NCBI GenBank assembly: GCA_018064475.1
Contig: JAGHVD010000013.1
Span: 9,206-73,205, forward strand
DNA: 64,000 nt
Source of the DNA: Candidatus Scatonaster coprocaballi
Lineage (GTDB): Bacteria; Bacillota; Clostridia; Saccharofermentanales; Saccharofermentanaceae
Direction of reading: 5' to 3'
Part shown: piece after piece, positions 10,586 to 20,675 of the stretch
Numbering within the stretch: the stretch's first letter is position 1
Layout: the number at the start of each line of letters is the position of its first letter
Notes under the pieces: generated by a model
What the model saw: only the letters and a program-made list of their open reading frames with translations
Told to the model about the DNA's origin: nothing
Databases searched by the model: none
Translations under genes and position numbers: made by a program

Positions 10586-12088
10586 ATGATGTACATGAGC
10601 ACAAGAGGATATGAGAAGAAGTTTACGGCTTCCGAAGCAATTAAGCAGGGTATTGCACCGGACGGCGGTCTGTTCGTACCGGAATCGATCCCACAATTAA
10701 GCAAGGAAGAGATCATGTCCATGACCGAGATGACTTACCCGCAGATTGCGGCAACTGTCCTCTCCAAGTTCTTGACGGATTTTACTTACGATGAACTCCT
10801 CGACTACACCCAGCAGGCCTATAGCGAAGAGAAGTTCGGTGAAGTTCCGGCTCCGCTGGTTCAGCTCAATAAGTACAACCCGAGAGAATATATGCTCGAA
10901 CTGTGGCATGGTCCGACGGCGGCCTTCAAGGATATGGCGTTGCAGCTTCTGCCACACCTCATGACTGCTTCGTCCAGAAAAACAGGCGAGAACAGAAAGA
11001 TCTGTATCCTGACTGCAACTTCCGGTGATACAGGTAAGGCGGCCCTTGAAGGATTCAAGGATCTTCCGGGTACAGAAGTTATTGTATTCTATCCGTCTGA
11101 AGGCGTATCCGACGCACAGAAACAGCAGATGATCACGACAGAAGGTAAGAACGTCCATGTTGTCGCAGTCAATGGTTGCTTCGACGATGCCCAGTCCGGC
11201 GTGAAGGCCATCTTCGGTGACCCGTCTGTGGCAGAGATCCTGAATAATCAGGGTTGCGTGCTGTCTTCTGCGAACTCCATCAACTGGGGCCGTCTGGTAC
11301 CTCAGATTGCGTACTATGTAGCTTCTTACGTGGAACTCCTGAAGAGAGAGGACTTTGTGTTCGGTGAACGAATGAATGTCGTCGTACCGACCGGTAACTT
11401 CGGCAACATCTTAGCCGCTTGGTATGCGAAGAAGATGGGTATCCCGATGAAGAAGCTCATCTGCGCATCCAACAAGAATAAGGTACTGTCCGACTTCTTT
11501 AGAAGCGGCACCTACGATCGCAACCGTGAGTTCTATAAGACCAATTCTCCATCCATGGATATCCTCATCTCCAGCAACTTGGAGCGTCTGCTCTTCGAGG
11601 TGACTGGTAAGGATGCAACGAAGACTGCAAAGTGGATGGAAGAACTGAAGACCAAGGGTGAGTATTCTGTCGACCCAGAGACACTCCATGTACTCCAGAC
11701 GACCTTTGTAGGTGGTTTTGCCGACGAAGCAGGAATCGTAAAGACCATTCGCGATGTCTATGACCGCTGTGACAACGTAGTGGATACCCATACTGCTGTA
11801 GGCTTCAATATCTACGGCCGTTACTACCAGAGATCCGGCGATGAGACCAAGACCGTGTTCGTCTCTACGGCAAGTCCTTTCAAGTTCGCACCGGCAGTTA
11901 TGGATGCCCTCAACGGCGCAGGCTATAGCAACGGCCGCTCCAATGAGGTCATCACCAACGAACTCTCCGAAGAAAGCGGACTTCCGATCCCAGCAGGCCT
12001 CAAGGACATCAACAAGAAGCCAGTCCTCCATAACCTTCTCATCGAGAAAGAGGACATGAGACAGACCGTACTGGATCTTCTAAAGTAA
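10586..12088 (+). CDS. thrC: threonine synthase (long form)
   Basis: N-terminus MSTRGYEKKFTASEAIKQGIAPDGGLFVP and PLP-lysine context FKD. Length 500 aa. Confidence 0.85.
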   Translation: MMYMSTRGYEKKFTASEAIKQGIAPDGGLFVPESIPQLSKEEIMSMTEMTYPQIAATVLSKFLTDFTYDELLDYTQQAYSEEKFGEVPAPLVQLNKYNPREYMLELWHGPTAAFKDMALQLLPHLMTASSRKTGENRKICILTATSGDTGKAALEGFKDLPGTEVIVFYPSEGVSDAQKQQMITTEGKNVHVVAVNGCFDDAQSGVKAIFGDPSVAEILNNQGCVLSSANSINWGRLVPQIAYYVASYVELLKREDFVFGERMNVVVPTGNFGNILAAWYAKKMGIPMKKLICASNKNKVLSDFFRSGTYDRNREFYKTNSPSMDILISSNLERLLFEVTGKDATKTAKWMEELKTKGEYSVDPETLHVLQTTFVGGFADEAGIVKTIRDVYDRCDNVVDTHTAVGFNIYGRYYQRSGDETKTVFVSTASPFKFAPAVMDALNGAGYSNGRSNEVITNELSEESGLPIPAGLKDINKKPVLHNLLIEKEDMRQTVLDLLK

Positions 12089-12133
12089 GCTTCTCTGAAA
12101 ACGATTCCAAGAACAGCAACCTGTTCCCTCCTT

Positions 12134-12167
12134 GCTCAGACAACATTTCGCTTCGCGAAATGAACTC
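12134..12167. repeat. left copy of a ~38-bp inverted repeat flanking the AT-rich island; it carries an internal 8-bp hairpin (catttcgc ttc gcgaaatg)
   Basis: ctcagacaacatttcgcttcgcgaaatgaactcg. The reverse complement of 13962..14000 matches it at about 92%. Confidence 0.6.
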
Positions 12168-12458
12168 GCAAATGAGAGAACAGGTTGCTGATCTTTGCCA
12201 CTCGTTCCTAGCCTCGCTGTACATGGTAAAATAACCTTGGCCGGTTCGGTGAGAGGGTGGGCTACATGACTATACTTTCCCAAGAAACCTTCTCATAGCA
12301 ATCCACCATTCATCGAGGTCCAAGATTTGTTCTGTTTACAGAAGTAACTTCTTATAGCAATGCAGTATAGCAAGTGCTTCCACCATCAGATTTTCGAGAA
12401 ATCCTTCATCTCGAAACAATAAGCAGTATATGAGTATGGAGATTTTTACTATGTTAAG

Positions 12459-13067
12459 GTGTACGATCATCCAACTATGAATGAGCAGAAAAATCCTAGT
12501 TATGGAGGAGACCAGGATTGGTTTACCGCACTTGGTGTTGAACAAGATAGTAAAAACTCGTTGATTGATGAAAATGGTTGTGGAGTAATAGCTTTGACTG
12601 ATTTGGTTCTGTACGATATGGTTCGAAATAGAGATGTTAGTTTTGCTGATTACTATGAACTAACTCGTTATACAGCAGATTTGATGATGTTTTCATTTTT
12701 CACACTAGGAACCTTGTTTACAGCGATTTGTCTTCGAATAAATTTAATGTCACTAGTAGAAAAAGGAGAACTAGTATGGGCGTCGGCGCAATTTGTAGAT
12801 AGGGACTCCGCGGCCTTTGCCTTGACGTCAATAACTGAAATGATGAGCGATTCTGAGTATGGACTTCGTAGCGTCAGTCTAGCAAGAGGTCACTACTTTA
12901 ATATCACAGGACTCGTGTATGATAAAATAGCGGATGAAGTATATTTGAGAGTTTCAAATGGAGGCATTGAAGAGTATATTCTTTTTTCGGAATATATTGA
13001 TTTGATAGAGAATAGGAGCCATAGTTGGGATGTTCTTGGCTGGGCGAATTTAATAATATGTTATTAA
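12459..13067 (+). CDS. hypothetical protein, possibly a papain-fold (C39-like) cysteine peptidase domain
   Basis: Visibly AT-rich gene. NGCGVIALTDLVLY resembles the C39/papain-like catalytic Cys context, with a downstream His (ARGHYFN). No recognisable homolog otherwise. Confidence 0.4.
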   Translation: MYDHPTMNEQKNPSYGGDQDWFTALGVEQDSKNSLIDENGCGVIALTDLVLYDMVRNRDVSFADYYELTRYTADLMMFSFFTLGTLFTAICLRINLMSLVEKGELVWASAQFVDRDSAAFALTSITEMMSDSEYGLRSVSLARGHYFNITGLVYDKIADEVYLRVSNGGIEEYILFSEYIDLIENRSHSWDVLGWANLIICY

Positions 13068-13095
13068 GAGCTTCTAGATACAGAAGGAGACGCAT

Positions 13096-13884
13096 ATGAA
13101 GAAAACTAGGGTAGTTGTCTGCGTAATATTCGCAGTATTGTTGATATCATTTTCACTCTTTGTTTATAGAACTACACGCAATCCCTTTCCGGAAGAGAAA
13201 CGTGAGGCGGATGCATTATATGCGGAACTTCAGAGTATTGAATGTACTCAAGAATACAAAAGATGGGATGAAAAATACATAGCATCTGGGGAACAGATAT
13301 GTATCTGCCTATGGGGAGATTGTGATTTGCAAGACATATTTGAAATCTCAGAACGAGCGAACGAATATCTTGAAACTCATCCAGATTCAATCATTAATAC
13401 GAGAAATATGGGGGTGTGCATAGAATTTTTCGATCATGAACCGAGCAGACATGATTATGAACGATATCGTTATTATGCCTGTGTGACGAAGAATCCAGAT
13501 GATGCGTTGATTAGTGAATTTGATATGAAAGCTTCGGCACCAGTAGAAGTGACAGATTTCCGTAATTGCTCGGTTCCATATAACCGAATCGGATTAACAT
13601 ATGCAGCTGATTTTCGCGATTCAGAAGCGTTGTTGACTGTTGAGGGATTAACAATGGTAGCTGTTCATTATGAAGTAGGATGTTCGAAAGAAGACATGTT
13701 GAGGGTCTTACAGGAAGTATGCTACTACGATGAACACGATATAAATCTCGATTTTTCTTTCGGATTTGGAGTTGGATCCGATGCCGAATTAGAAAGAATA
13801 TACAACGATTTTGTAAAAGCCCATGCAGATTATAAGGTGTTTCAGGATGAGAATGGGGAGTTGTTCTTATACGATGAGAACTGA
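13096..13884 (+). CDS. hypothetical membrane-anchored/secreted protein
   Basis: N-terminal signal/TM (VVVCVIFAVLLISFSLFVY). AT-rich. RBS GAAGGAGA upstream. Confidence 0.45.
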   Translation: MKKTRVVVCVIFAVLLISFSLFVYRTTRNPFPEEKREADALYAELQSIECTQEYKRWDEKYIASGEQICICLWGDCDLQDIFEISERANEYLETHPDSIINTRNMGVCIEFFDHEPSRHDYERYRYYACVTKNPDDALISEFDMKASAPVEVTDFRNCSVPYNRIGLTYAADFRDSEALLTVEGLTMVAVHYEVGCSKEDMLRVLQEVCYYDEHDINLDFSFGFGVGSDAELERIYNDFVKAHADYKVFQDENGELFLYDEN

Positions 13885-13952
13885 GTGACTACGCCTAAAA
13901 AGGGTGGAGGTGCTTCTCGAGCCCCCGAGAATCATAAGTAAAGAAAGAAAAC

Positions 13953-14017
13953 CGTCTCCGACACGAGTTTCATTTTGCGAAGCAAAATGTTGTCTGAGTG
14001 TAGGAGACGATTTTTTC
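13953..14017. terminator. bidirectional rho-independent terminator; its stem includes the right copy of the inverted repeat
   Basis: Outer stem cgtctcc...ggagacg around inner hairpin cattttgc gaa gcaaaatg. T-runs follow on both strands (attttttct on +, gttttctttcttt on minus). It sits between the convergent genes 13096..13884 (+) and prfC (-). Confidence 0.65.
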
Positions 14018-14048
14018 TGCCTTAGGATAAGGTGCGATCGAGAAGGAA

Positions 14049-15662
14049 TCAGCGTTCGTGGATGTCATCCAGTCTGAGTCCTTCGTTATGCTCGAGTGCC
14101 CAGGAGATGGCCCATTCGGATTCGAAGAGGACGACCGGCATCTCGTCGCGGTCGAGGACCAGCATGGAGGTGGAGGTGAGTGTCAGCTTCGAGAAGTCGA
14201 TGTCGACGGACTCGTCCTGCTTGTTGCACCAACGTGCGAAGCGGTAGTTGAGATTGCTTCGAAGGATCTCGACGCCATACTCGGTGAGGAGACGATGTTC
14301 CAGAACTTCGAACTGTAGGACACCGACCACGCCCATGATGTAGGTCTCGGTACCGATGCCCGGCTGCTTGTAGAGCTGTACAGCACCTTCTTCGGAGAGC
14401 TGTTCAATACCCTTGAGGAACTGCTTTCTCTTCATGGAATCCTTAGGCTGTACCCGTGCGAAATGCTCCGGCGGGAAGACTGGTATGTTAGCGAAGTTGA
14501 AGTTCTTCGAGGAAGTGGTGACAGTATCGCCGATACGGAAGACACCTGGGTCGAAAAGACCGATGATGTCGCCTGCATACGCATCTTCGACAATGGTACG
14601 ATCCTGTGCCATGAACTGCTGCGGCTGGGCAAGCGTGATCTTCTTACCACTACGGATGTGCTTCACGGTCATGCCTTTCTCGAATTTGCCGGAGCAGATT
14701 CTCATGAAGGACATGCGGTCGCGGTGATTCGGGTCCATGTTGGCCTGAATCTTAAATACGAAGCCGGAGAAGAAATCTTCTGTCGGAGCGATGGTGCCCT
14801 CGGAAGAGTCGTGACTCTGCGGCCCCGGTGCAATCTCCAGAAACTTCTTCAGGAAAGGTTCGACGCCGAAGTTCGTGATGGCGGATCCGAAGAATACCGG
14901 AGTCAGTTCACCACTAAGGATCTTCTCGAGATCGAATGGGTCACCCGCCATGTCCAGAAGTTCGATGTCGTTCTTCAGTGTGTCGTAGTGATGCTGACTT
15001 AGGATCTTGCGAAGCGCCTCTTCATCGTTGATGCCGGCACTGATGGACTTGACCATGGAAGCACCGTGGTCCTTGGTCTCGTTGTCAAAGAGCAATACTT
15101 CTTCAGATTCACGAACGTATACGCCCTGGAAATCACCATCTGTACCGATCGGCCAGTTGATTGGTGTGGAACGGATGCCGAGTACTTTCTCCAATTCGTC
15201 AATCAGATCGAACGGATTCTTCGCCGCACGGTCCATCTTGTTGATGAATGTGAATATCGGAATACCACGCTTCCTACAAACTGTGAAGAGCTTGATGGTC
15301 TGGGCCTCGACACCTTTCGCACCGTCAAGAAGCATGACAGCGGCATCGGCGGCACAGAGTGTACGGTATGTATCTTCGGAGAAGTCTTGGTGACCAGGGG
15401 TGTCTAGGATGTTGATGCAGTATCCGTCGTAGTTGAACTGCATGACGGAAGAGGTGACGGAAATACCACGCTGTTTCTCAATCTCCATCCAGTCGGAAGT
15501 TGCGTGATGTGCAGCCTTACGAGCTTTGACGGAACCGGCCATGTGAATGGCACCGCCGTAAAGAAGAAGCTTCTCGGTCATGGTCGTCTTACCGGCGTCA
15601 GGGTGCGAGATGATCGCAAACGTGCGGCGACGAGAGATTTCATTTGTTACTGATTCGTCCAT
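14049..15662 (-). CDS. prfC: peptide chain release factor 3 (GTPase)
   Basis: RRRTFAIISHPDAGKTT G1 motif, DTPGHQDF G3 motif. Start chosen at MDESV behind an AGGAAGG RBS. The longer ORF begins 8 codons upstream. Confidence 0.85.
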   Translation of the reverse strand: MDESVTNEISRRRTFAIISHPDAGKTTMTEKLLLYGGAIHMAGSVKARKAAHHATSDWMEIEKQRGISVTSSVMQFNYDGYCINILDTPGHQDFSEDTYRTLCAADAAVMLLDGAKGVEAQTIKLFTVCRKRGIPIFTFINKMDRAAKNPFDLIDELEKVLGIRSTPINWPIGTDGDFQGVYVRESEEVLLFDNETKDHGASMVKSISAGINDEEALRKILSQHHYDTLKNDIELLDMAGDPFDLEKILSGELTPVFFGSAITNFGVEPFLKKFLEIAPGPQSHDSSEGTIAPTEDFFSGFVFKIQANMDPNHRDRMSFMRICSGKFEKGMTVKHIRSGKKITLAQPQQFMAQDRTIVEDAYAGDIIGLFDPGVFRIGDTVTTSSKNFNFANIPVFPPEHFARVQPKDSMKRKQFLKGIEQLSEEGAVQLYKQPGIGTETYIMGVVGVLQFEVLEHRLLTEYGVEILRSNLNYRFARWCNKQDESVDIDFSKLTLTSTSMLVLDRDEMPVVLFESEWAISWALEHNEGLRLDDIHER

Positions 15663-15813
15663 TTTCATACCTTCCTGATTGGTCACAATAGCAAAATACG
15701 ATATAATAGTAGTGTCGCTTCAAGGGATGAGGTATATATACCTATAACCCTACTAAAGAAGCCACAATATTATATCAGCCTTGCAGGTTTCAGGCAAGGA
15801 AAAGAGGTGACTC

Positions 15814-16659
15814 ATGGCCGGAAAAAACGAGAGCGATGTGCGATTGGCGGTGCTGATCGACGCGGACAATATTTCTGCCACATATATCAAGCCCATGATG
15901 CTGGAGATCGCACGCTACGGCAACCCCACGATCAAGCGAATTTACGGAGACTGGACGAAGCCACAGCTGGGCCCTTGGAAGCAGGTGCTCCTGGATAACG
16001 CAATCTCCCCGGTGCAGCAGTTCGGCTACACCAGCGGCAAGAATGCGACCGATTCATCCCTGATCATCGACGCGATGGACATCCTCTACACGGAACAAGT
16101 GGACGGATTCTGCCTCGTCAGCAGTGACAGTGATTTTACCAGATTGGCAACAAGATTAAGAGAGGCGGGCAAGATTGTCTATGGCATCGGCGAGAAGAAG
16201 ACGCCGACGGCTTTCGTAGCGGCCTGCGACCGTTTTCTGTTCCTGGAGATCCTGGCACCGAAGGCGAAGAAAGATAAACGTGATTCGGCAAAAGCACCCA
16301 AGTCTGTGGGTGAGGCCCCATCTGAGGGGAAGAATGCGAATGCCGAGCCTGCGACCGGAAGCGCAGGCGGAAAGGACAACGCAGACCGAGTCATTCTGGA
16401 CATCGACGATGTGACATATGACCTGATTGCAGGTTCGATCTCAGATCTGGCCGATGAAGACGGATGGGTATTCTTAGGAGATCTCGGTAACCTGATCAAT
16501 AAGAAGAGCCCGTCTTTTGACTCGCGAAATTTCGGCTATCCCAAGATGAGTAAATTCATGCAGTCACTGGGTTTTGTGGAATGCGAGCGACGAACAAATG
16601 AGAAAAATCCGCAGGTGAAGCTATTCTACGTGCGGAATAAGGAGGAGAATTCAAATTGA
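15814..16659 (+). CDS. NYN (LabA-like) domain protein with a C-terminal OST-HTH/LOTUS domain
   Basis: AVLIDADNISATY...GKNATDSSLIIDAMD...VSSDSDF is the NYN core. The C-terminal DEDGWVFLGDLGNLINKK...FGYPKMSKFMQSLGFVE looks LOTUS-like. Confidence 0.65.
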   Translation: MAGKNESDVRLAVLIDADNISATYIKPMMLEIARYGNPTIKRIYGDWTKPQLGPWKQVLLDNAISPVQQFGYTSGKNATDSSLIIDAMDILYTEQVDGFCLVSSDSDFTRLATRLREAGKIVYGIGEKKTPTAFVAACDRFLFLEILAPKAKKDKRDSAKAPKSVGEAPSEGKNANAEPATGSAGGKDNADRVILDIDDVTYDLIAGSISDLADEDGWVFLGDLGNLINKKSPSFDSRNFGYPKMSKFMQSLGFVECERRTNEKNPQVKLFYVRNKEENSN

Positions 16660-18161
16660 ATCGAAGCGCAGGTATTTTATTACATATTACATCTTTGCCG
16701 GGTGAATTCGGCATTGGTGGATTCGGCAAAGAAGCAATTGACTTTGCCAAGAAATTGAAGGAAGCGGGCATGGGATACTGGCAGGTACTGCCGTTTACCA
16801 ATCCGGGTTCTGGTGACTCACCGTATCAGAGCGACTCGGCTTTCGCCGGAAGTCCGCTGATCATCGACCCGGTGGATCTAAAGAAGCGTGGTCTTCTGTC
16901 CGAACAGGAACTCAACGACTGTAAGTATCCGGGTACCTGCTATAGTGTTGACTATGGCTGGGTCCGCGAGAACCGTATGCAGATGCTCCGCCGTGCTTAC
17001 CAGAAAGTAAACGACGAACTACGCACGAAGATGAGTGATTTTGCCAACGAGAATCCTTGGGTCAAGGATGTGTCCGTGTTCCAGGCCATCAAGGAGACCG
17101 AGGGACAGAAGGCATGGTGGGACTGGAGCAGCAAGGCGCTTCAGAAGCACGATGCCAAGGCTGTGGATGCATTCGTGAAAGCGAATCAGGACATCTGTGA
17201 TTTCTATCTATTTATCCAGTATATCTTCTACGATCAGTGGGCAACCCTGAAGGCGCAGATCAATGAGATCGGCATCCAGGTAATCGGTGATATTCCGATC
17301 TATGTATCCGGCGATAGCTGTGATGTTTGGGCGAACCGTGCTCTCTATCAGACGAATAAGGACGGATCCTTCAAGAGTGTGGCAGGCGTACCGCCGGATT
17401 ATTTCTGTGAGGATGGCCAGCTATGGGGTAATCCGGTCTATGACTGGGATGCACACGAGAAAGAGGACTATGCTTGGTGGATCAGCCGTCTGCGTCAGAA
17501 CTTCAAGCTCTATGACGTGGTCCGCATTGACCATTTCCGCGGTTTCTCCCGTTACTATTCTTGTGATGCAGATGCCGAGAATGCACGAAACGGTAAGTGG
17601 AATCCGGGTCCGGGCATGAAGCTCTGGAACCGCATCTTCAAGGAATTCGGCAGACATCCGGCCATCTTCGCCGAGGATCTGGGCGAGACGGATGCGGAAC
17701 TGGAGGCTTTCCTGAAAGAGACGGAACTTCCGACTATGAAAGTACTGCAGTTCGGTATGGTCCCGCATGATGACAGTAAACACATGCCGCATAACTACCC
17801 GGAGAACTGTGTAGCCTATACCGGCACGCACGATAACAACACGTTGCTGGGATGGCTCTGGGAAGCCTCCGAACAGGATCGTGCTTTCGCGTTGGATTAC
17901 TGCCGTTTCCAGGGGAATAACTGGGGCGACGGTGGTGTGCAGGCACCGGCTTGCCGAGCGATGTTGACGACCGTGTGGGCCTCTGCTGCGCGTCTGGCGA
18001 TTGCACCACTTCAGGACATCATGGGATTCGGTTCCGATACCCGTATGAATGCACCGGGTACCCCGACGGGCCAGTGGAGAATCCGCTTCGGCGCAGACTC
18101 GATCAACCAGATGGATACCAAGTGGCTGGCGAAGCTGAACTGGGTGTATAAACGATTTTAA
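16656..18161 (+). CDS. malQ: 4-alpha-glucanotransferase (amylomaltase, GH77)
   Basis: N-terminus RSAGILLHITSLPGEFGIGGFG is the hallmark of MalQ. TTG start behind AAGGAGGAG. Overlaps the stop of the preceding gene. Confidence 0.85.
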   Translation: MNRSAGILLHITSLPGEFGIGGFGKEAIDFAKKLKEAGMGYWQVLPFTNPGSGDSPYQSDSAFAGSPLIIDPVDLKKRGLLSEQELNDCKYPGTCYSVDYGWVRENRMQMLRRAYQKVNDELRTKMSDFANENPWVKDVSVFQAIKETEGQKAWWDWSSKALQKHDAKAVDAFVKANQDICDFYLFIQYIFYDQWATLKAQINEIGIQVIGDIPIYVSGDSCDVWANRALYQTNKDGSFKSVAGVPPDYFCEDGQLWGNPVYDWDAHEKEDYAWWISRLRQNFKLYDVVRIDHFRGFSRYYSCDADAENARNGKWNPGPGMKLWNRIFKEFGRHPAIFAEDLGETDAELEAFLKETELPTMKVLQFGMVPHDDSKHMPHNYPENCVAYTGTHDNNTLLGWLWEASEQDRAFALDYCRFQGNNWGDGGVQAPACRAMLTTVWASAARLAIAPLQDIMGFGSDTRMNAPGTPTGQWRIRFGADSINQMDTKWLAKLNWVYKRF

Positions 18162-18165
18162 TAAC

Positions 18166-18209
18166 GGGCGCCTGTGAAGCCACAAAGTAGGCTGCGCAGG
18201 CGCTTTTTC
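18166..18209 (+). terminator. rho-independent terminator downstream of malQ
   Basis: gggcgcctg ... caggcgc stem followed by ttttt. Confidence 0.55.
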
Positions 18210-18227
18210 TCAGAAGGAGACAGCCAT

Positions 18228-19745
18228 ATGGAGAAGTACATGCTTTCAATCGATCAGGGAACGACCAGTTCCCGTGCCATGATCTTTCGTAAAGACGGCA
18301 CATGCGTGGCGTCGGCACAGGAAGCTTTTACCCAGCATTTCCCAAAACCGGGCTGGGTGGAACACGATCCGGAGGACTTGTGGCAGACTGTCTGCAACTG
18401 CATCCGACAGGCCTTGGCGAAGGCCAATATTAAGCCGGGTGAGATCATGGGCATCGGTATCACGAACCAGCGTGAGACAACGATTCTGTGGGAGAAGAAC
18501 ACGGGCCGGCCGGTGTACCACGCAATCGTGTGGCAGTGTAGAAGAACCGCGCCACTGGTTGAGAAAATGAAAGAAGCCGATCCGGATTTTGCAAATAAGA
18601 TCCTGGAGAAGACCGGACTTGTGCCGGACGCGTATTTCTCGGCGACGAAGATTCAGTGGATCTTAGAAGAAGTACCGGGTCTGAAGGCCCGAGCCGGACG
18701 TGGCGAGATCCTCTTTGGAACGGTCGACAGCTGGATCCTATATCGTCTGACCGACGGAAGATCTCATGCGACAGATTATTCCAATGCTTCCCGTACGATG
18801 CTCTTTAACATTCAGAACTTAGCCTGGGACGAGGAACTCTGCCAGTATTTCCACATCCCTTCCTGCATGCTTCCGAAAGCATTGCCCGGCGCATCCGAGT
18901 TCGGATATGTAGCCCCAGGCATTCCTGGACTGGAGGCCATTGCCGGCGTTGGTATTTACGGCATCCTCGGCGACCAGCCTGCGGCCCTCTTCGGTCAGAC
19001 CTGCTTTGCCAAGGGTGACATCAAGAATACCTACGGCACGGGCTGCTTCACGCTCATGAATGTAGGCGAAGAGCCAATCGTGTCGAAGCAAGGACTGGTC
19101 ACTTCCGCAGCGTGGTCCATCGACGGACACACGACCTATGCGCTCGAAGGAAGTGTTTTTAACGGCGGTTCTACGATTCAATGGCTCCGGGATGAATTGA
19201 AGATCATCGACCATGCGTCCGACTGCGATGTACTGGCCGAGACGGTCGAAGATAATGCGGGGGTCTACCTGGTGCCGGCATTTAGCGGACTTGGCGCGCC
19301 GTACTGGGATATGTATGCACGTGGCGCCATCCTCGGTCTGACACGCGGTACGACCAAGGCGCACATTGCCCGTGCAGCACTGGAGGGCATCGCGTATCAG
19401 GTATACGATCTAGTGAATCTGATGCAAGAAGAGGCGCAATGCAAGATCACGAAGTTGAAAGTCGACGGCGGCGCCAGCGTCAGCCGGTTCATGATGCAGT
19501 TCCAGTCCGATATTCTCGGATGTGAAGTCGATCGCGCTGCGGAACGAGAGACCACCTCGCAAGGCGTAGCTTACCTGGCCGGGTTGTGCTGCGGATACTG
19601 GCAGGACATTTCCGAACTCTCCGCGTTGCGGCACTGCGACGTGTGTTTCGCGCCGACCATGCCGGAGGAACAGCGCAAGAGACTTCTGACGAATTGGAAG
19701 AAAGCCGTATCCCGTGCAGCGGCTTGGGAGGAGAAGTCCACGTGA
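18228..19745 (+). CDS. glpK: glycerol kinase
   Basis: MEKYMLSIDQGTTSSRAMIF N-terminal ATPase motif. RBS GAAGGAGA is 7 nt upstream of ATG 18228. The listed ORF start at 18174 lacks an RBS. Confidence 0.9.
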   Translation: MEKYMLSIDQGTTSSRAMIFRKDGTCVASAQEAFTQHFPKPGWVEHDPEDLWQTVCNCIRQALAKANIKPGEIMGIGITNQRETTILWEKNTGRPVYHAIVWQCRRTAPLVEKMKEADPDFANKILEKTGLVPDAYFSATKIQWILEEVPGLKARAGRGEILFGTVDSWILYRLTDGRSHATDYSNASRTMLFNIQNLAWDEELCQYFHIPSCMLPKALPGASEFGYVAPGIPGLEAIAGVGIYGILGDQPAALFGQTCFAKGDIKNTYGTGCFTLMNVGEEPIVSKQGLVTSAAWSIDGHTTYALEGSVFNGGSTIQWLRDELKIIDHASDCDVLAETVEDNAGVYLVPAFSGLGAPYWDMYARGAILGLTRGTTKAHIARAALEGIAYQVYDLVNLMQEEAQCKITKLKVDGGASVSRFMMQFQSDILGCEVDRAAERETTSQGVAYLAGLCCGYWQDISELSALRHCDVCFAPTMPEEQRKRLLTNWKKAVSRAAAWEEKST

Positions 19746-20671
19746 ACGCACTCTATGTCGTCTTTATCAAGATCGTCGTGGCTGTGCTCCTCGGCTTCAT
19801 CCTCCGGAAATGCAAGGTCATTAACGAGGAGATGCAGAAGGGTCTTTCCGACATGCTCGTGAAAGCTTTCCTGCCATTTTCTATCTTAGCTTCTGCCAAT
19901 TATGAAAAATCACCCGACTTGGGTCGAGCTATGCTGGCGGTGTTGGTCGGGGGGCTGGTTTTCTATGCGGTAGCGCTCGTCTCGATGCGGCTACTCAGTA
20001 AGAAATTGTCGATCTCAGACAAAGAGAAAAGAATTTTTGTGACCATGACGACTTTCGCGAATACCGGCTTTGTGGGATTTCCGATCATGACGGCACTCTA
20101 TGGAAGCGAAGGCCTTCTGCTGGCCGTAGTCTATAACATGGTCTATAACCTCTACATGTACACGTACGGACTCCATCTGATCAGCGGGAAGAAAGGCGAT
20201 CTTCGTGGACTTCTGTTCCAACCGGTCAATATTGCATCTTTGCTAGCAATCGTATTCTTCATCTCGCCGATTACTTTCCCAAACTATGTGACGGAATCGG
20301 TGGACCTGATTGCGGCGGTCACTGTGCCTTTGTCCATGATCATTATCGGATCCAATCTGGCGGCCATGCCGTTTGTCACGGTTTTGAGTGATGTGAAGTC
20401 CTACTTGGTTTCCCTGATGCGCCTTCTGGTGCTTCCTGGGGTCTGCCTAGGTGTGGTATATGTGTTGTATCGGACTTTCTCTATGGCGCCGACGACAGCC
20501 TCGGTCATTGTACTGATGGGGGCACTGCCATGCGGTTCCTTGAATGTGATTTTCTCGGAGAAATATGATTGCGCACCGGAATATGCCGCGCGCGCAACGG
20601 TACAGAGCATGATGCTATGCGCGGTCACGATTCCGTTGATGGTTTTCCTCTGTTCAAAACTTTTTGTGTGA
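19742..20671 (+). CDS. AEC (auxin efflux carrier / malate permease-like) family transporter
   Basis: GTG start overlaps the glpK stop (gTGA). Polytopic membrane protein with an AEC-like two-repeat layout. Confidence 0.65.
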   Translation: MNALYVVFIKIVVAVLLGFILRKCKVINEEMQKGLSDMLVKAFLPFSILASANYEKSPDLGRAMLAVLVGGLVFYAVALVSMRLLSKKLSISDKEKRIFVTMTTFANTGFVGFPIMTALYGSEGLLLAVVYNMVYNLYMYTYGLHLISGKKGDLRGLLFQPVNIASLLAIVFFISPITFPNYVTESVDLIAAVTVPLSMIIIGSNLAAMPFVTVLSDVKSYLVSLMRLLVLPGVCLGVVYVLYRTFSMAPTTASVIVLMGALPCGSLNVIFSEKYDCAPEYAARATVQSMMLCAVTIPLMVFLCSKLFV

Positions 20672-20675
20672 GAAA

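Noticed and set aside
12089-12458. Possible tRNA or small RNA gene in the thrC-island intergenic region, a typical island integration target
   Set aside because: No cloverleaf-compatible acceptor/T-arm (GTTC...CCA) pattern is seen. The structured region is explained by the nested palindromes of the inverted repeat.
17421-18185. 254-aa minus-strand ORF overlapping malQ
   Set aside because: It is antisense to malQ and extends into the malQ terminator. No RBS.
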